From NCBI GenBank assembly GCA_965218425.1, contig OZ244621.1, forward strand, positions 3,168,001 through 3,232,000: 64,000 nucleotides of DNA. Direction: 5' to 3'. The stretch is from an uncultured Candidatus Binatia bacterium. GTDB lineage: Bacteria > Desulfobacterota > Binatia > UBA9968 > CAXXLF01. The position numbers and the translations under genes were made by a program. The notes beneath the pieces were generated by a model that had not been told where the DNA came from, searched no databases, and saw only the letters and a list, made by a program, of their open reading frames with translations. Within the stretch, counting starts at the first letter, position 1. Every line of letters begins with the position of its first letter. Shown piece after piece: positions 40,532-51,596 of this stretch.

Positions 40532-41329
40532 ATGCCGAATCCCTTACCGGATCTGGAGCTCGGAAAGAAAATGAGAGAGCAGGAGGCCAAGGAGTACGTG
40601 GACGTGCTCTATCAGAACATGCATGAGCGCTGGGAGCAAAAGGTCAACCAGGGTAATTTCATGCGTGAGGTTATCGCCGGATCCCTACCCATGGAAGGCA
40701 TTCGCCTCTTCTGGCAGAACTGGTCCTACTATGTGTTCGAAGTCAACAACATCATCGCATCCACCTATCAAAAGCACATCGGGTTTTTCAAAAGACATCC
40801 GGACCTCCTGGCAAGTTTTAGCGCGAAGGTCGCTGATGAGTATATTTACCCCCGTCCCCCGGGACATGTCCTTCTGGTATTGGAACAGGGGAAGGTCTTC
40901 GGACTAACCGAGGAAGACATGATCGCCTGCGAGATGATGGCGGATTGCAGGGGAATTCTTGAGTTCAAACGGGGGCTCCTGCACGAGGGAACGATCCTGG
41001 AATGGTGGTCTTCCGTGGCCACGGAAGAGCCCATTGGCCATTGGGCCGGGAAGTGGAAAGAGTCGCTAACCAAACGGTATGGTTTGCCCCTGGCTCAGGC
41101 GAAATATTTTCAGACCCATGAGGAAGCCGATCTCGAGGAACATGAGGGTGTTTTGGGCCATGGTGATTTCAATCGAGCCGTATTGCAGCGTTTGCTTCAA
41201 ACCGGAATGGTTGACTTGAGGCCCGGTTTCTCGCCGCAGTACGTGGTTGATGTCTCCGTTGATTTTTACGGCCTTTTCTTTGAGGGTGTCTACCAAGCGG
41301 TGAAAGAGAAAAAAGTAGTTGCCGCGTAA
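40532..41329 (+). CDS. Heme-oxygenase-like fold protein (TenA/PqqC/CADD-like)
   Basis: All-helical protein with ADEY...GH, ATEE and YFQTHEEADLEEH..GH, resembling PqqC/CADD metal ligands. Confidence 0.7.
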   Translation: MPNPLPDLELGKKMREQEAKEYVDVLYQNMHERWEQKVNQGNFMREVIAGSLPMEGIRLFWQNWSYYVFEVNNIIASTYQKHIGFFKRHPDLLASFSAKVADEYIYPRPPGHVLLVLEQGKVFGLTEEDMIACEMMADCRGILEFKRGLLHEGTILEWWSSVATEEPIGHWAGKWKESLTKRYGLPLAQAKYFQTHEEADLEEHEGVLGHGDFNRAVLQRLLQTGMVDLRPGFSPQYVVDVSVDFYGLFFEGVYQAVKEKKVVAA

Positions 41330-41453
41330 CGCTGTTAACGGGTGAGGCGTCGACGAGACAAGGGCACTACTGCACGCGAGGATTATCCGGCTGGCGGACC
41401 CGTGAATCTGCCCATGATCGGTTGGTGCATAGGGCTCATCAGAGGGTGTGTCC

Positions 41454-44156
41454 TTAGGTCGAACCCTTCAAGAGTAGTTGGCGCAGCACGAATTCCAGGA
41501 TGCCCCCGTTACCGTAGTAATCCAGCTCCGCCGGTGTATCGATACGGCAGGTGACTTTAAATTCCTTAACTTTTCCGTCATCGCTCTGCGCATTAACCGA
41601 TAGTTCTTTTCCCACCTTGAGTCCATCCTGAATTCCCGTGATCTCATAGGTCTCGAACCCCGTGAGACCGAGGGATGCGGCGTTTTCTCCCCCCTTGAAC
41701 TGCAATGGAAGAATTCCCATGCCGATCAGATTGCTGCGGTGGATTCTCTCGTAGCTCTCTACGATGGCGGCTGTGACCCCCAGTAGTCGCGGTCCCTTTG
41801 CCGCCCAGTCCCGCGAGGAACCGGACCCATATTCCTTCCCGGCAATCACAATGAGCGGAACTCCCTCTTTTTGGTACTGCATTGCGGCATCGTAAATGAA
41901 CATCTGTTTTTTCTCCGGGAGGTGGACCGTCCAACCGCCTTCGATGCCGGGAGCCAACTGGTTTTTGAGGCGTACATTGGCGAAGGTGCCCCGCACCATC
42001 ACCTCATGGTTTCCCCTTCGCGCGCCATAGGAGTTGAAGTCCTTGGGTTGAACTCCGTGATCTTTAAAATATCGGGCTGCGGGTCCGTCCTTCTCAATGG
42101 ATCCAGCCGGAGAGATGTGGTCAGTGGTGATGGAGTCGCCCAGTAGGGCCAGGGTACGGGCCCCTTTGATGTCCTGCGGCGCCCTCGGCTCCCGGGGTAA
42201 GTCAATAAAGTAGGGTGCCTCCCGCACATAGGTTGAATGTGCATCCCAGGAAAATATCGTGCCCTGAGGGACGGGCAGTTCCTTCCAGGTTCTGTCTCCT
42301 TCAAATACTTCAGCATATTGCTTTTTGAACATGTCAGACTGGAGGGAGGTTTGAATGGTCTCCTGAACCTCCTGTGGGGTGGGCCAAATGTCTTTTAAGA
42401 ACACAGGGCCACCCTTTGAATCCTTTCCCAGCGGGTCTTTGTAGAGGTCCAGGTCCATACTTCCGGCCAGGGCATAGGCCACCACAAGGGGAGGGGAGGC
42501 TAGATAGTTGGCTCTCACCCTCGGATGAATTCGTCCTTCAAAGTTACGATTGCCGGACACCACCGATACCGCCACCAGGTCACCCTCCTGAACGGCGGCA
42601 TCGACGGACTCGGGTAGGGGTCCGCTGTTACCGATGCACGTGGTGCATCCGTAACCCACGAGAAAAAAACCGAGTTCTTCCAGGTAGCGGATGAGACCGG
42701 TCTCCTTGAGATAATCCGTCACCACTTTCGATCCCGGTGCGAGGCTGGTTTTGACCCAGGGCTTCGCCTTGAGACCTCGTTCCACCGCCTTCTTGGCCAG
42801 CAGCCCGGCGCCAATCATGACGGATGGGTTGGATGTGTTCGTGCAGCTGGTGATGGCGGAGATGACCACGGAACCATGACCGAGGTCGAATTTGTCTCCG
42901 TTGGATGCTACGGGGACGCTGTGAGTCGGGTTACTGCTCTTCAGCATACCGGGAAGAGATTCCTGAAAGGCCTGCTTGGCTCGGGAAAGGGGCACCCGGT
43001 CCTGAGGCCTCTTTGGCCCCGCCAGGCTCGGTTCCACAGTGGCGAGATCCAATTCCAGGCTGTCACTGAAAATCGGGTCTGGGGTGGAATCGGTTCGGAA
43101 AAGCCCCTGTTCTTTGCAATAGGCCTCGGCCAGTTGGATCAGTTCCGGATCACGGCTCGTGAACTTGAGGTATTTCAAGGTCTCGTCGTCCACTGGGAAA
43201 AACCCAATGGTGGCCCCGTACTCCGGACACATGTTCCCGATGGTAGCCCGGTCCGCCAGGCTGAGGTTGGAAAGGCCAGGACCGTAGAACTCCACAAACT
43301 TTTCCACAACGCCTTTCTTACGGAGCATCTGGGTTACTGTAAGGACGAGATCCGTGGCGGTGGCTCCCTCGGGCATTCGTCCATGGAGCTTGAAACCGAT
43401 CACCTGGGGAATCAGCATGATGAATGGTTGCCCCAGCATGGCCGCTTCCGCCTCAATTCCTCCTACGCCCCAGCCCACAACGCCCAGTCCGTTGATCATG
43501 GTGGTATGGGAGTCAGTGCCGACGAGGGTGTCGGGATACGCAACGTCTTTTCCGTCCTGGTTCGCCCTAAAGACCACCTGACCTAGATACTCCAGGTTGA
43601 TCTGATGAACGATTCCCGTATCCGGCGGGACCACCCGGAAGTTATGAAATCCCTTTTGCGCCCACCGCAAGAAGGCGTAGCGTTCACCGTTTCTCTCCAA
43701 CTCGAGTTGAGCGTTGTGTTGGAAAGCCTGTGCAGAGCCGAATTGATCCACCTGAACGGAGTGATCAATAATCAAGTCCACCGGTTGAAGGGGATTGATG
43801 AGGTCCGGTTTGCCTCCCATCCGCTCCATGGCGTTTCTCATGGCGGCCAGATCAACGATGGCCGGGATTCCCGTAAAGTCCTGCATGAGCACTCGAGCCG
43901 GCATAAACGCAATTTCCTTGTCCTGCTTGGCTGTGGGGTTCCAGCCCGCGAGGGTCTCTATATCGTTCTTTGTGACGAGTTTACCGTCCTCTAAGCGCAA
44001 CAGGTTTTCCAGCAGAACTCTGATGGAGACGGGCAGTCGGGAGACGTTTTTAATACCAGCCTTATCGAGACTGTCCAGGCGAAAAATGTCGTAGTTTCGA
44101 TTGCCAACCTTGAGGGTTGAACGAGCGCCAAAACTATTTAAATTGCTGTTTGCCAT
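41454..44156 (-). CDS. acnA: Aconitate hydratase A
   Basis: [37 protein letters not shown] and [12 protein letters not shown]. Confidence 0.98.
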   Translation of the reverse strand: MANSNLNSFGARSTLKVGNRNYDIFRLDSLDKAGIKNVSRLPVSIRVLLENLLRLEDGKLVTKNDIETLAGWNPTAKQDKEIAFMPARVLMQDFTGIPAIVDLAAMRNAMERMGGKPDLINPLQPVDLIIDHSVQVDQFGSAQAFQHNAQLELERNGERYAFLRWAQKGFHNFRVVPPDTGIVHQINLEYLGQVVFRANQDGKDVAYPDTLVGTDSHTTMINGLGVVGWGVGGIEAEAAMLGQPFIMLIPQVIGFKLHGRMPEGATATDLVLTVTQMLRKKGVVEKFVEFYGPGLSNLSLADRATIGNMCPEYGATIGFFPVDDETLKYLKFTSRDPELIQLAEAYCKEQGLFRTDSTPDPIFSDSLELDLATVEPSLAGPKRPQDRVPLSRAKQAFQESLPGMLKSSNPTHSVPVASNGDKFDLGHGSVVISAITSCTNTSNPSVMIGAGLLAKKAVERGLKAKPWVKTSLAPGSKVVTDYLKETGLIRYLEELGFFLVGYGCTTCIGNSGPLPESVDAAVQEGDLVAVSVVSGNRNFEGRIHPRVRANYLASPPLVVAYALAGSMDLDLYKDPLGKDSKGGPVFLKDIWPTPQEVQETIQTSLQSDMFKKQYAEVFEGDRTWKELPVPQGTIFSWDAHSTYVREAPYFIDLPREPRAPQDIKGARTLALLGDSITTDHISPAGSIEKDGPAARYFKDHGVQPKDFNSYGARRGNHEVMVRGTFANVRLKNQLAPGIEGGWTVHLPEKKQMFIYDAAMQYQKEGVPLIVIAGKEYGSGSSRDWAAKGPRLLGVTAAIVESYERIHRSNLIGMGILPLQFKGGENAASLGLTGFETYEITGIQDGLKVGKELSVNAQSDDGKVKEFKVTCRIDTPAELDYYGNGGILEFVLRQLLLKGST

Positions 44157-44347
44157 TGCACATCTCCCGAAGAAAATATTTCAATTTTCTGAAGGTTCAA
44201 TCGTCGTTGCTATTAATACAACAAGGGCCACCGCATCACAAGGTGCGCCAAGACCGATTTTCCTTCCCTAAGGAATGACGTCGTAATCCGCGGAAGTGCT
44301 AATTCATTGGTTGAATTGACTTCAAGAAGTGTGTTTTCTGGCCGGGG

Positions 44348-45550
44348 CTAGATCACTTTGTCTCGTCGCAGGTCGCCAATGGTCTTGGAATCGTAACCCA
44401 GTTCCTTCAGGATCTCCTCGCTATCCTCGCCCAGGTCAGGAATCCGGTCGTAGCGGGCTGGACTGTCCGTTAAACGTAGCGGGGTGCCGATGACGGGGAC
44501 GGGACCCACAGGGGACTCTACTTCGCGAATGAGCTTGCGGGCCAGCACTTGAGGATGGGCAAGAACCTGTGCGATGCCTCGAACCTCTCCGTGGGGAAGC
44601 TGGGCTTTCTTGAGACGCTCCAACCATTCGCCATGGTCCCGCTCAAGAAATGCCGCTTCGATGGTCTCTTCCAGCACGGCGCGGTTTTGCCTTCTCTTCT
44701 CAACCGTCGAAAAACGTTCGTCGGAGAGGAGATCCGGGCGTTCTATCACCTCACGGCAGAAAATCTGCCAGTCCTGAGGGGTCGCCACGGCTAGATTCAC
44801 GTACTGGCCGTTTTTGGCAAGGTAAGGTCCGTAGGGTGTCACGTAGTGGTGGCGCATTCCCACGCGCTCGGGTTCCTCCCCCTGGTGCCAGTAGTGATGC
44901 GGAAAATATCCGAGCCATGAGATCAAGGACTCGAACATGGAGATATCCACGGCCTGCCCACGTCCAGTTCTCTCCCGCTGCAGCAAGGCAAGAGAGATGC
45001 CTAGCGCCGCATACATGCCTGCCGCGATGTCCACAATGGCGATGCTCGCCTTGGCTGGTTTGTCCGGGTAACCGGTGGTTGCGATCAGCCCCCCTTCGCC
45101 TTGGATCAACAGGTCGTAGGCCTTGACGTCGCGATAGGGGCCATCCTGCCCGTAACCGGAGAGGGAACAATAGATCAACCTCGGGTTTAAGGCTGAAAGT
45201 TCTTCGTAGCCCAGACCCACCCGCTCCGCCACTCCGGGGGAGGCATTTTCGAAGAAGACATCGGTTTTTTTCACCAGGTCATGAACCACTGCCTGACCTT
45301 TGGTCTGCTTTACGTCTACGGTAAGGCTTCGTTTGTTGCGATTGAGCCACACGTAGCCGGAGGAAAGACCCCTGACGGCGCTGTCCCAATGACGAATCAG
45401 GTCCCCCGTGCCGGGCTTTTCTATTTTGATGACCTCGGCTCCCATGTCGCCCAAGAGCAGCGTGCAGAAGGGACCGGAGAGAACCTGTTCAAACGCGACA
45501 ACGCGGATCCCGGAAAGAGCTGCCTCGGCAGCGGGCTTACTTGGACTCAC
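44348..45550 (-). CDS. Class III CoA-transferase (CaiB/BaiF)
   Basis: GPFCTLLLGDMGAEVIKIE, NRNKRSL, SGYGQDGPY and AYDLLIQ. Confidence 0.93.
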   Translation of the reverse strand: MSPSKPAAEAALSGIRVVAFEQVLSGPFCTLLLGDMGAEVIKIEKPGTGDLIRHWDSAVRGLSSGYVWLNRNKRSLTVDVKQTKGQAVVHDLVKKTDVFFENASPGVAERVGLGYEELSALNPRLIYCSLSGYGQDGPYRDVKAYDLLIQGEGGLIATTGYPDKPAKASIAIVDIAAGMYAALGISLALLQRERTGRGQAVDISMFESLISWLGYFPHHYWHQGEEPERVGMRHHYVTPYGPYLAKNGQYVNLAVATPQDWQIFCREVIERPDLLSDERFSTVEKRRQNRAVLEETIEAAFLERDHGEWLERLKKAQLPHGEVRGIAQVLAHPQVLARKLIREVESPVGPVPVIGTPLRLTDSPARYDRIPDLGEDSEEILKELGYDSKTIGDLRRDKVI

Positions 45551-46046
45551 TCTTAACCTCCGGGAAGAGATCCCGTTTAGGGGCGTGGGCACGCTTCCAG
45601 ACCATGACCGAGCGAGAATAGTCGATCACCACCGTACCATCCTGCTTGATGCCACGGGTTCGGACCTTGATGATTCCCCATTGCGGCTTCGATTTTGACT
45701 CTCGCTTGTCCAGGACTTCGGATTCCGAGTAAACCGTATCCCCCGCGAATACCGGGTTGGGTAGCTTGATCTCATCCCAGCCAAGGGCGAAACCGTTCTC
45801 ACTCACGTCGGCGACTCCCAGGCCCGCGACGATGGCCAGGGTGAGTGCGCTGTTGACCAGACACTTTCCAAACTCAGTCTGCTTACCGTACTCGTTGTTG
45901 AAGTGTATTTGATTTGTGTTGTTGGTGAGCAAAGTAAACGAGATATTGTCGGCTTCCGTAATGGTGCGTCCCAGGCGACAGCGGTAAACGTCACCCACTT
46001 CGAAGTCCTCGAAAAAACGGCCTTCCCAGCCAGGTTTCACGGCCAT
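45537..46046 (-). CDS. MaoC family dehydratase (itaconyl/mesaconyl-CoA hydratase-like)
   Basis: GRFFEDFEVG, RTITEADN..TNNTNQIH and PVFAGDT. Confidence 0.9.
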   Translation of the reverse strand: MAVKPGWEGRFFEDFEVGDVYRCRLGRTITEADNISFTLLTNNTNQIHFNNEYGKQTEFGKCLVNSALTLAIVAGLGVADVSENGFALGWDEIKLPNPVFAGDTVYSESEVLDKRESKSKPQWGIIKVRTRGIKQDGTVVIDYSRSVMVWKRAHAPKRDLFPEVKSESK

Positions 46047-46176
46047 GATCGGTTCCTCCCCGTCGAGTTTATCGTATCATACAATGAGGAATGAAAAGTG
46101 CAAAGCATGGAGAAAATTGAATTTTGCATTTCCATGCCTGGCCGATATACTACGCACAGTGGTTTAGGAGAAATTC

Positions 46177-47337
46177 ATGGACTTCAATTTGACCCAGGAC
46201 CAGATGCAGATTCAGGAAGAGATCCGCAAGGTTTGCCATGAGTTTCCTGATTCCTACTGGCGCGAGCTGGATGGCAAGGGAGAATATCCGGACTCCTTTG
46301 TGCGCAAGCTCACCGAGCTGGGATGGCTTGCGGCCCTGATTCCCGAGGAGTTTGGCGGAAGCAATCTGGGCATAACAGAGGCGAGCATCATACTGGAGGA
46401 AATCAATCGCTCGGGTGGAAACTCTACCGCTTGCCACGCCCAGATGTACACTATGGGAACCCTTCTCAAACATGGGAGCCAGGAACAAAAGAAACGCTAT
46501 CTGCCGAAGATCGCTCGCGGCGAATTGCGCCTTCAGGCCTTCGCGGTCACCGAACCCGACGCAGGCTCTGAAACCACCCGAATTCAAACCCGGGCGGAGC
46601 GCAAAGGTGAACATTATCTCATATCCGGCCAAAAGATTTTTATCTCTCGTGTGCGCCAATCCGACTTGATGCTTCTTTTAGCCCGCACCACTCCCTATGA
46701 TGACTTGGAAGACAAAACACGGGGGCTGTCGGTTTTTATCGTAGACCTCGCTGAGGCGGAAGGTAGTCTGGAGGTGAAGCCCCTGGACCTCATGATCAAC
46801 CACCACACCAATGTTCTCTTCTTTGATGGACTCAAGGTCCCGGCGAAAAACCTCGTGGGTAAGGAGGGGATGGGTTTTCGTTACATCATCGACGGGTGGA
46901 ATGCGGAGCGTATTTTGGTGGCTTCGGAAGCCATCGGTGACGGTCGCTGGTTTATCCAACGGGCGGCCAAGTACGCCACGGAGCGTGAGGTCTTCGGCCG
47001 GGCCATTGGTTCCAATCAGGGAATTCAGTTTCCCATCGCCCAGGCCTACTCCCGCATCGAAGCCGCCAATCTCGTGCGCTTTCAGGCGGCCACGAAGTTC
47101 GACCGGAAGGAAAAGTGCGGGGCCGAGGCCAACATGGCAAAACTATTGGCCTCAGAGGCTTCCTGGGAATCAGCCAACATCTGTCTTACCACCCATGGGG
47201 GGTACGGGCTGTCAGTGGATTACGACGTGGAGCGAAAATTCCGAGAGACGCGATTGCTCACCATTGCCCCCGTGAGTAATAATCTGGTGCTTGCCTACCT
47301 GGGGCAACATGTATTGGGAATGCCGAAGTCGTATTGA
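46177..47337 (+). CDS. Acyl-CoA dehydrogenase
   Basis: IPEEFGG, AVTEPDAGS, GQKIFIS, NAERI and HGGYG. Confidence 0.95.
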   Translation: MDFNLTQDQMQIQEEIRKVCHEFPDSYWRELDGKGEYPDSFVRKLTELGWLAALIPEEFGGSNLGITEASIILEEINRSGGNSTACHAQMYTMGTLLKHGSQEQKKRYLPKIARGELRLQAFAVTEPDAGSETTRIQTRAERKGEHYLISGQKIFISRVRQSDLMLLLARTTPYDDLEDKTRGLSVFIVDLAEAEGSLEVKPLDLMINHHTNVLFFDGLKVPAKNLVGKEGMGFRYIIDGWNAERILVASEAIGDGRWFIQRAAKYATEREVFGRAIGSNQGIQFPIAQAYSRIEAANLVRFQAATKFDRKEKCGAEANMAKLLASEASWESANICLTTHGGYGLSVDYDVERKFRETRLLTIAPVSNNLVLAYLGQHVLGMPKSY

Positions 47338-47400
47338 GCGACAGGGACCGAGATAGGGAGAGAGACGGAGAAGCGGACAAGGACTGCACAGGAGAAACAC

Positions 47401-48291
47401 GTGGACCTTAAACGTTCCTGGATGTTTGTGCCGGGTCACCGGCAGCGCATGATTGATAAGTCAATGGGGCTCGGCACTGATGCAATCATGTTGGATATCG
47501 AAGACGGCGTGGCTCCGAGCGAAAAAGACACCGCCCGTAAACTGATCGGCGAGGCCTTGGGGCGTGAACACTCTCCCGATTCCCCCACGCGTTTCGTTCG
47601 CATCAATGCCATTGGACATGAGCGTATGGATTCGGATCTGGAAGCGGTCCTTCGGCCCGGGCTGGACGGTTTGGTTCTCCCCAAGGTGGAGACGTCACAG
47701 GAGGTGCTCCAAGTGGATGGCATCGTCACCGAGCGAGAAACTTCACTCGGGATGGAGCGCGGGATAGTTCGGTTCCTCATAGCAATCGAAAGTCCCAAGG
47801 GGCTGCTCAACGCAGCCGCCATTGTCTCATGTTCCTCCCGGGTCATGGGGTTGATGTTCGGCGCGGAGGACTTCAGCCGGGAAATGGGGCTTCCCCTGGT
47901 GCGTGAAGGAGAGGCGCAGGATTTGATCTACGCGCGGTCGGCCATGGTCACGGCTGCCGCATCGGCCCATGTGCAGGTGGTGGACGGGGTTTGGGTGGAC
48001 CTTAACAACGCGGACGGTCTATGGGGATTCGCCCGGCAGTCACGGCGACTGGGATTCACCGGCATGTCGTTGATTCACCCATCCCAGATCGATCCCATTA
48101 ACGGTGTCTTCAGCCCGACTCAGGAAGAGACGGATTACGCCCGGAAGGTAATCAAGGCCTACGATGAAGCCGTAGCTAGAGGGGACGGTTCCGTTTCCTT
48201 CGGCGGCCAACTTTTGGACCGCCCCATTGTGGAGCGGGCCCGTCGCACCCTAGTGCTGGCCAAGGCCCTGGGGATTGGGACAAGAACATGA
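47401..48291 (+). CDS. CitE/HpcH family CoA-ester lyase (citramalyl-CoA lyase-like)
   Basis: RSWMFVPG, LDIEDGV, VRIN, LPKVE, IESPKG, FGAED and IHPSQI. Confidence 0.92.
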   Translation: MDLKRSWMFVPGHRQRMIDKSMGLGTDAIMLDIEDGVAPSEKDTARKLIGEALGREHSPDSPTRFVRINAIGHERMDSDLEAVLRPGLDGLVLPKVETSQEVLQVDGIVTERETSLGMERGIVRFLIAIESPKGLLNAAAIVSCSSRVMGLMFGAEDFSREMGLPLVREGEAQDLIYARSAMVTAAASAHVQVVDGVWVDLNNADGLWGFARQSRRLGFTGMSLIHPSQIDPINGVFSPTQEETDYARKVIKAYDEAVARGDGSVSFGGQLLDRPIVERARRTLVLAKALGIGTRT

Positions 48292-48353
48292 GCCGATAAG
48301 CAGGGTCTTTGGTATAGTTAGTCGCAGCCAGCCCGGAAACAGCGATAATCCGC

Positions 48354-51251
48354 ATGGCACAGATCCCCGCAGAAGTCCTGACCCTGGTTGAACGATTCGA
48401 CAGGAACCGGGAAGCCTACCAGAACCAAGCCTATAATGAGACGCAATTGCGTCAGGAATTCATCAATCCATTATTTGAGGCTTTGGGTTGGGATGTTGCA
48501 AATAAATCCGGCTATGCCGAGGCATACAAAGAAGTCATCCATGAAGATGCAATCAAGATCGGCGGGGCGACCAAGGCGCCGGATTATTGTTTCAGAATTG
48601 GCGGGGCACGGAAATTCTTCGTTGAAGCCAAGAAGCCATCAGTCTCCATCAAAGAGAATGTCAGTCCTGCATATCAGCTCCGCCGTTACGCATGGAGCGC
48701 AAAGCTCCCTCTTTCCATTTTGACAGACTTTGAAGAGTTCGCTGTTTACGACTGTCGTTTACTCCCAAAGCCTTCGGACAAACCGAGTATGGGTAGAATC
48801 CTGTACTTGACCTATAACGATTACGCGGACCGTTGGGACGAAATTGAGACGGTTTTTTCACGGGACGCCATACTTAAAGGGTCATTCGACAAGTACGCTG
48901 AGTCCAGCAAGGGCAAGAGAGGGACCGCAGAGGTAGACAAGGCTTTCCTGAAGGAAATCGAGGCATGGCGTGAGGCTCTGGCTCGTAATCTGGCGCTCCG
49001 GAATCCGAAGCTAAGCGTACGGGATCTTAATTTTTCCGTTCAACGCACTATCGACCGGGTCATCTTCCTCCGCATGTGTGAAGATCGAGGTATCGAGATT
49101 TACGGCGAGCTCCGGAGTCTTCTAAACGGCGAAAATACCTACAAGCGATTGCAATACGTTTATGGACTCGCGGACGACAAGTACAATTCAGGCCTGTTTC
49201 ATTTCAAGGAAGAGAAAGGTAGGAGTGAAGAGCCTGACAAGTTGTCCCTTGCCCTAAAGATTGATGACAAGATTCTGAAAGACATCATACGCCGGCTCTA
49301 TTATCCTGAGAGTCCTTATGAGTTTTCCGTTCTGAGCGCCGATATCCTCGGGAACGTCTACGAGCAGTTTCTGGGCAAGGTCATCCGGCTGACCTCGGGC
49401 CACCGTGCCGTTGTGGAGGAAAAGCCCGAGGTCAAAAAAGCCGGAGGCGTCTATTACACTCCCACTTATATTGTCGATTACATTGTAAACAGCACCGTCG
49501 GAAAACTTTGCGAGGACAAGAACCCAAAGCAGCTAGAAAAGCTTAAAATCCTCGACCCTGCCTGCGGGTCGGGCTCCTTTCTCATAGGCGCCTATAGATA
49601 CCTTCTGGACTACCACCGAGATTGGTATGTCAGTAATATCCCCCTGAAGCACACGAAGCAAATTTACCAGGGTCGCGGCGGCCAATGGAACCTTACTACC
49701 CAAGAAAAGAAGCGAATTCTGCTTAACAACATCTATGGAGTTGACATCGATAGCCAGGCAGTGGAGGTCACTAAGCTCAGCCTCCTGTTAAAAGTGTTGG
49801 AGGGTGAGAGTGAAGAGACGATAAACAAGCAGCTCAAGATCTGGCGCGAACGCGCCCTCCCTGACCTTGGCCATAACATCAAATGCGGCAACTCCCTCAT
49901 CGGTCCGGAGTATTATGAGAGGCAACAGGCAAATCTGTTTAATGACGAGGAAACTCATCGAGTGAACGCCTTCAATTGGATAGCCGAATTTCCGGAAATT
50001 ATGAAGGCCGGTGGGTTTGATGTGGTGATGGGGAACCCCCCGTACGTATTTGGACGTGACTGGCAGGCCCTTAACATCGGGGATGATGTTAAAGCTTACC
50101 TTGGCGATAAGTATAAAAGTTCGCCGTACCAACTTGATTTGTTTTCCATTTTTATGGAGAAAGCGTGTCAGCTCTGCCGACGTTCAGGATATGTCGGTCA
50201 AATTGTGCCGAACGTGTGGCTTACAAACACCTACTCTTCGACCACACGTGCATTTATTTTAGCCCAAGCAAACAACCTGACAATTACGACGCCGCCATCA
50301 AACGTTTTTCACGGCCTAACAGTTGATACAGTAGTTTATACTTTTCAGAGGACAGATCGACCTGGAAACACGTTTACGATTAATGCAATGCGCAATGGTA
50401 ACCTCGTTGAAATTGCCGATTGTAATAGGAAGCAATACATCGACGGGCATCGCCCAATATCAATGTCTCTCGACCAAGCAAGCGCTGACTTAACTCATCG
50501 GCTTAAAAAAGGTAACTTAGAAGTTCAAGATTTTGCCTTAGTCACGCGAGGAGTCCATCCATACCGAACCGGAGGCTATGGACAAACCGCCTTTGGCATA
50601 GGGCCACAGATAATCCGTGACGTTAGGGAACGTCCTTATCACAGCAAATCTAAACAAAAAGGATATCGACCCTTCATTTATGGACGTGATTTACAGCGAT
50701 TTTCGCCGCCAAAGGCGACTGAGTTTTTAAAATACGGTCCATGGCTTGCTGAGCCGAGACAAGCTGACTTCTTTCAAGGTGAGCGTGTTTACTCTCGAAA
50801 AATTCTGGGTGACCGGTTAGTGGTGACCATCGAAGTTACAGATTCTATTGCAGACCAACAAGTATACATTGCTCGGCCTAAATCAGGTGATGTTGGTGCA
50901 TACTATCTTGGCGGAGTTCTCGGCAGCCGAGTCATAGCCTTCTTTATACGAGGATACTATGACGAGGTGAATGATGCATTTCCACAAGTTAAGGTGACTC
51001 AGCTAAAGTCGCTTCCAATACCCGCTATCAATAGTTCCGAAAAGAAGATGATGCATGACCACATCTGCGAGCTTGTAAGGCGCATGGTCGGCATGAATAA
51101 GCAGTTTTCTGCTGCAAAGAATCCGAACGACAAAACGCGCCTTCAGCGTGAGATCGACACCGCTGATCGCCAAATTGACCAACTCGTGTACGAACTTTAT
51201 GGGCTGACAGAAGAGGAAATCAAGATTGTAAAGGAGGCCAATAGCTCATAA
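48354..51251 (+). CDS. Type IIG fused restriction endonuclease / N6-adenine methyltransferase
   Basis: N-terminal PDY..FVEAKK nuclease, GVYYTP, DPACGSG and NPPY, plus a TaqI-like C-terminus ending IDQLVYELYGL. Confidence 0.92.
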   Translation: MAQIPAEVLTLVERFDRNREAYQNQAYNETQLRQEFINPLFEALGWDVANKSGYAEAYKEVIHEDAIKIGGATKAPDYCFRIGGARKFFVEAKKPSVSIKENVSPAYQLRRYAWSAKLPLSILTDFEEFAVYDCRLLPKPSDKPSMGRILYLTYNDYADRWDEIETVFSRDAILKGSFDKYAESSKGKRGTAEVDKAFLKEIEAWREALARNLALRNPKLSVRDLNFSVQRTIDRVIFLRMCEDRGIEIYGELRSLLNGENTYKRLQYVYGLADDKYNSGLFHFKEEKGRSEEPDKLSLALKIDDKILKDIIRRLYYPESPYEFSVLSADILGNVYEQFLGKVIRLTSGHRAVVEEKPEVKKAGGVYYTPTYIVDYIVNSTVGKLCEDKNPKQLEKLKILDPACGSGSFLIGAYRYLLDYHRDWYVSNIPLKHTKQIYQGRGGQWNLTTQEKKRILLNNIYGVDIDSQAVEVTKLSLLLKVLEGESEETINKQLKIWRERALPDLGHNIKCGNSLIGPEYYERQQANLFNDEETHRVNAFNWIAEFPEIMKAGGFDVVMGNPPYVFGRDWQALNIGDDVKAYLGDKYKSSPYQLDLFSIFMEKACQLCRRSGYVGQIVPNVWLTNTYSSTTRAFILAQANNLTITTPPSNVFHGLTVDTVVYTFQRTDRPGNTFTINAMRNGNLVEIADCNRKQYIDGHRPISMSLDQASADLTHRLKKGNLEVQDFALVTRGVHPYRTGGYGQTAFGIGPQIIRDVRERPYHSKSKQKGYRPFIYGRDLQRFSPPKATEFLKYGPWLAEPRQADFFQGERVYSRKILGDRLVVTIEVTDSIADQQVYIARPKSGDVGAYYLGGVLGSRVIAFFIRGYYDEVNDAFPQVKVTQLKSLPIPAINSSEKKMMHDHICELVRRMVGMNKQFSAAKNPNDKTRLQREIDTADRQIDQLVYELYGLTEEEIKIVKEANSS

Positions 51252-51461
51252 GAATTGTTACAGGAAGTGAGAAAGATTCTATTGAATGCTGACTCATCGT
51301 GGTTCTGGAATGGCTATGGTGAGAATACGAAACGGCTGAGATTTTCTGTTGATAAGCTCTGATGTATCACACCGATCTTCTTGGCGGAAATCCGATCGGC
51401 ATAGCTCTGTCGAGAATAGAGATAGGGGTGGCTAATTTCAAGGACTGAAGAGGAGCGACAT

Positions 51462-51596
51462 ATGAATTGGGGGACTATCGCTGCAATCGTGATGAGCATT
51501 GTCGCGTTAGGAATATCTCTCCGTAGGATTCTTAGTGAGAATCCGACTAGGGAGGGCCTGATAATCGAAACCGAATCTAAGGTGTGTTTACACTAA
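51462..51596 (+). pseudogene. Membrane-anchored ORF truncated by IS5
   Basis: GAGGAG RBS, then MNWGTIAAIVMSIVALGISL...; the frame runs into the IS5 left end and stops. Confidence 0.5.
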
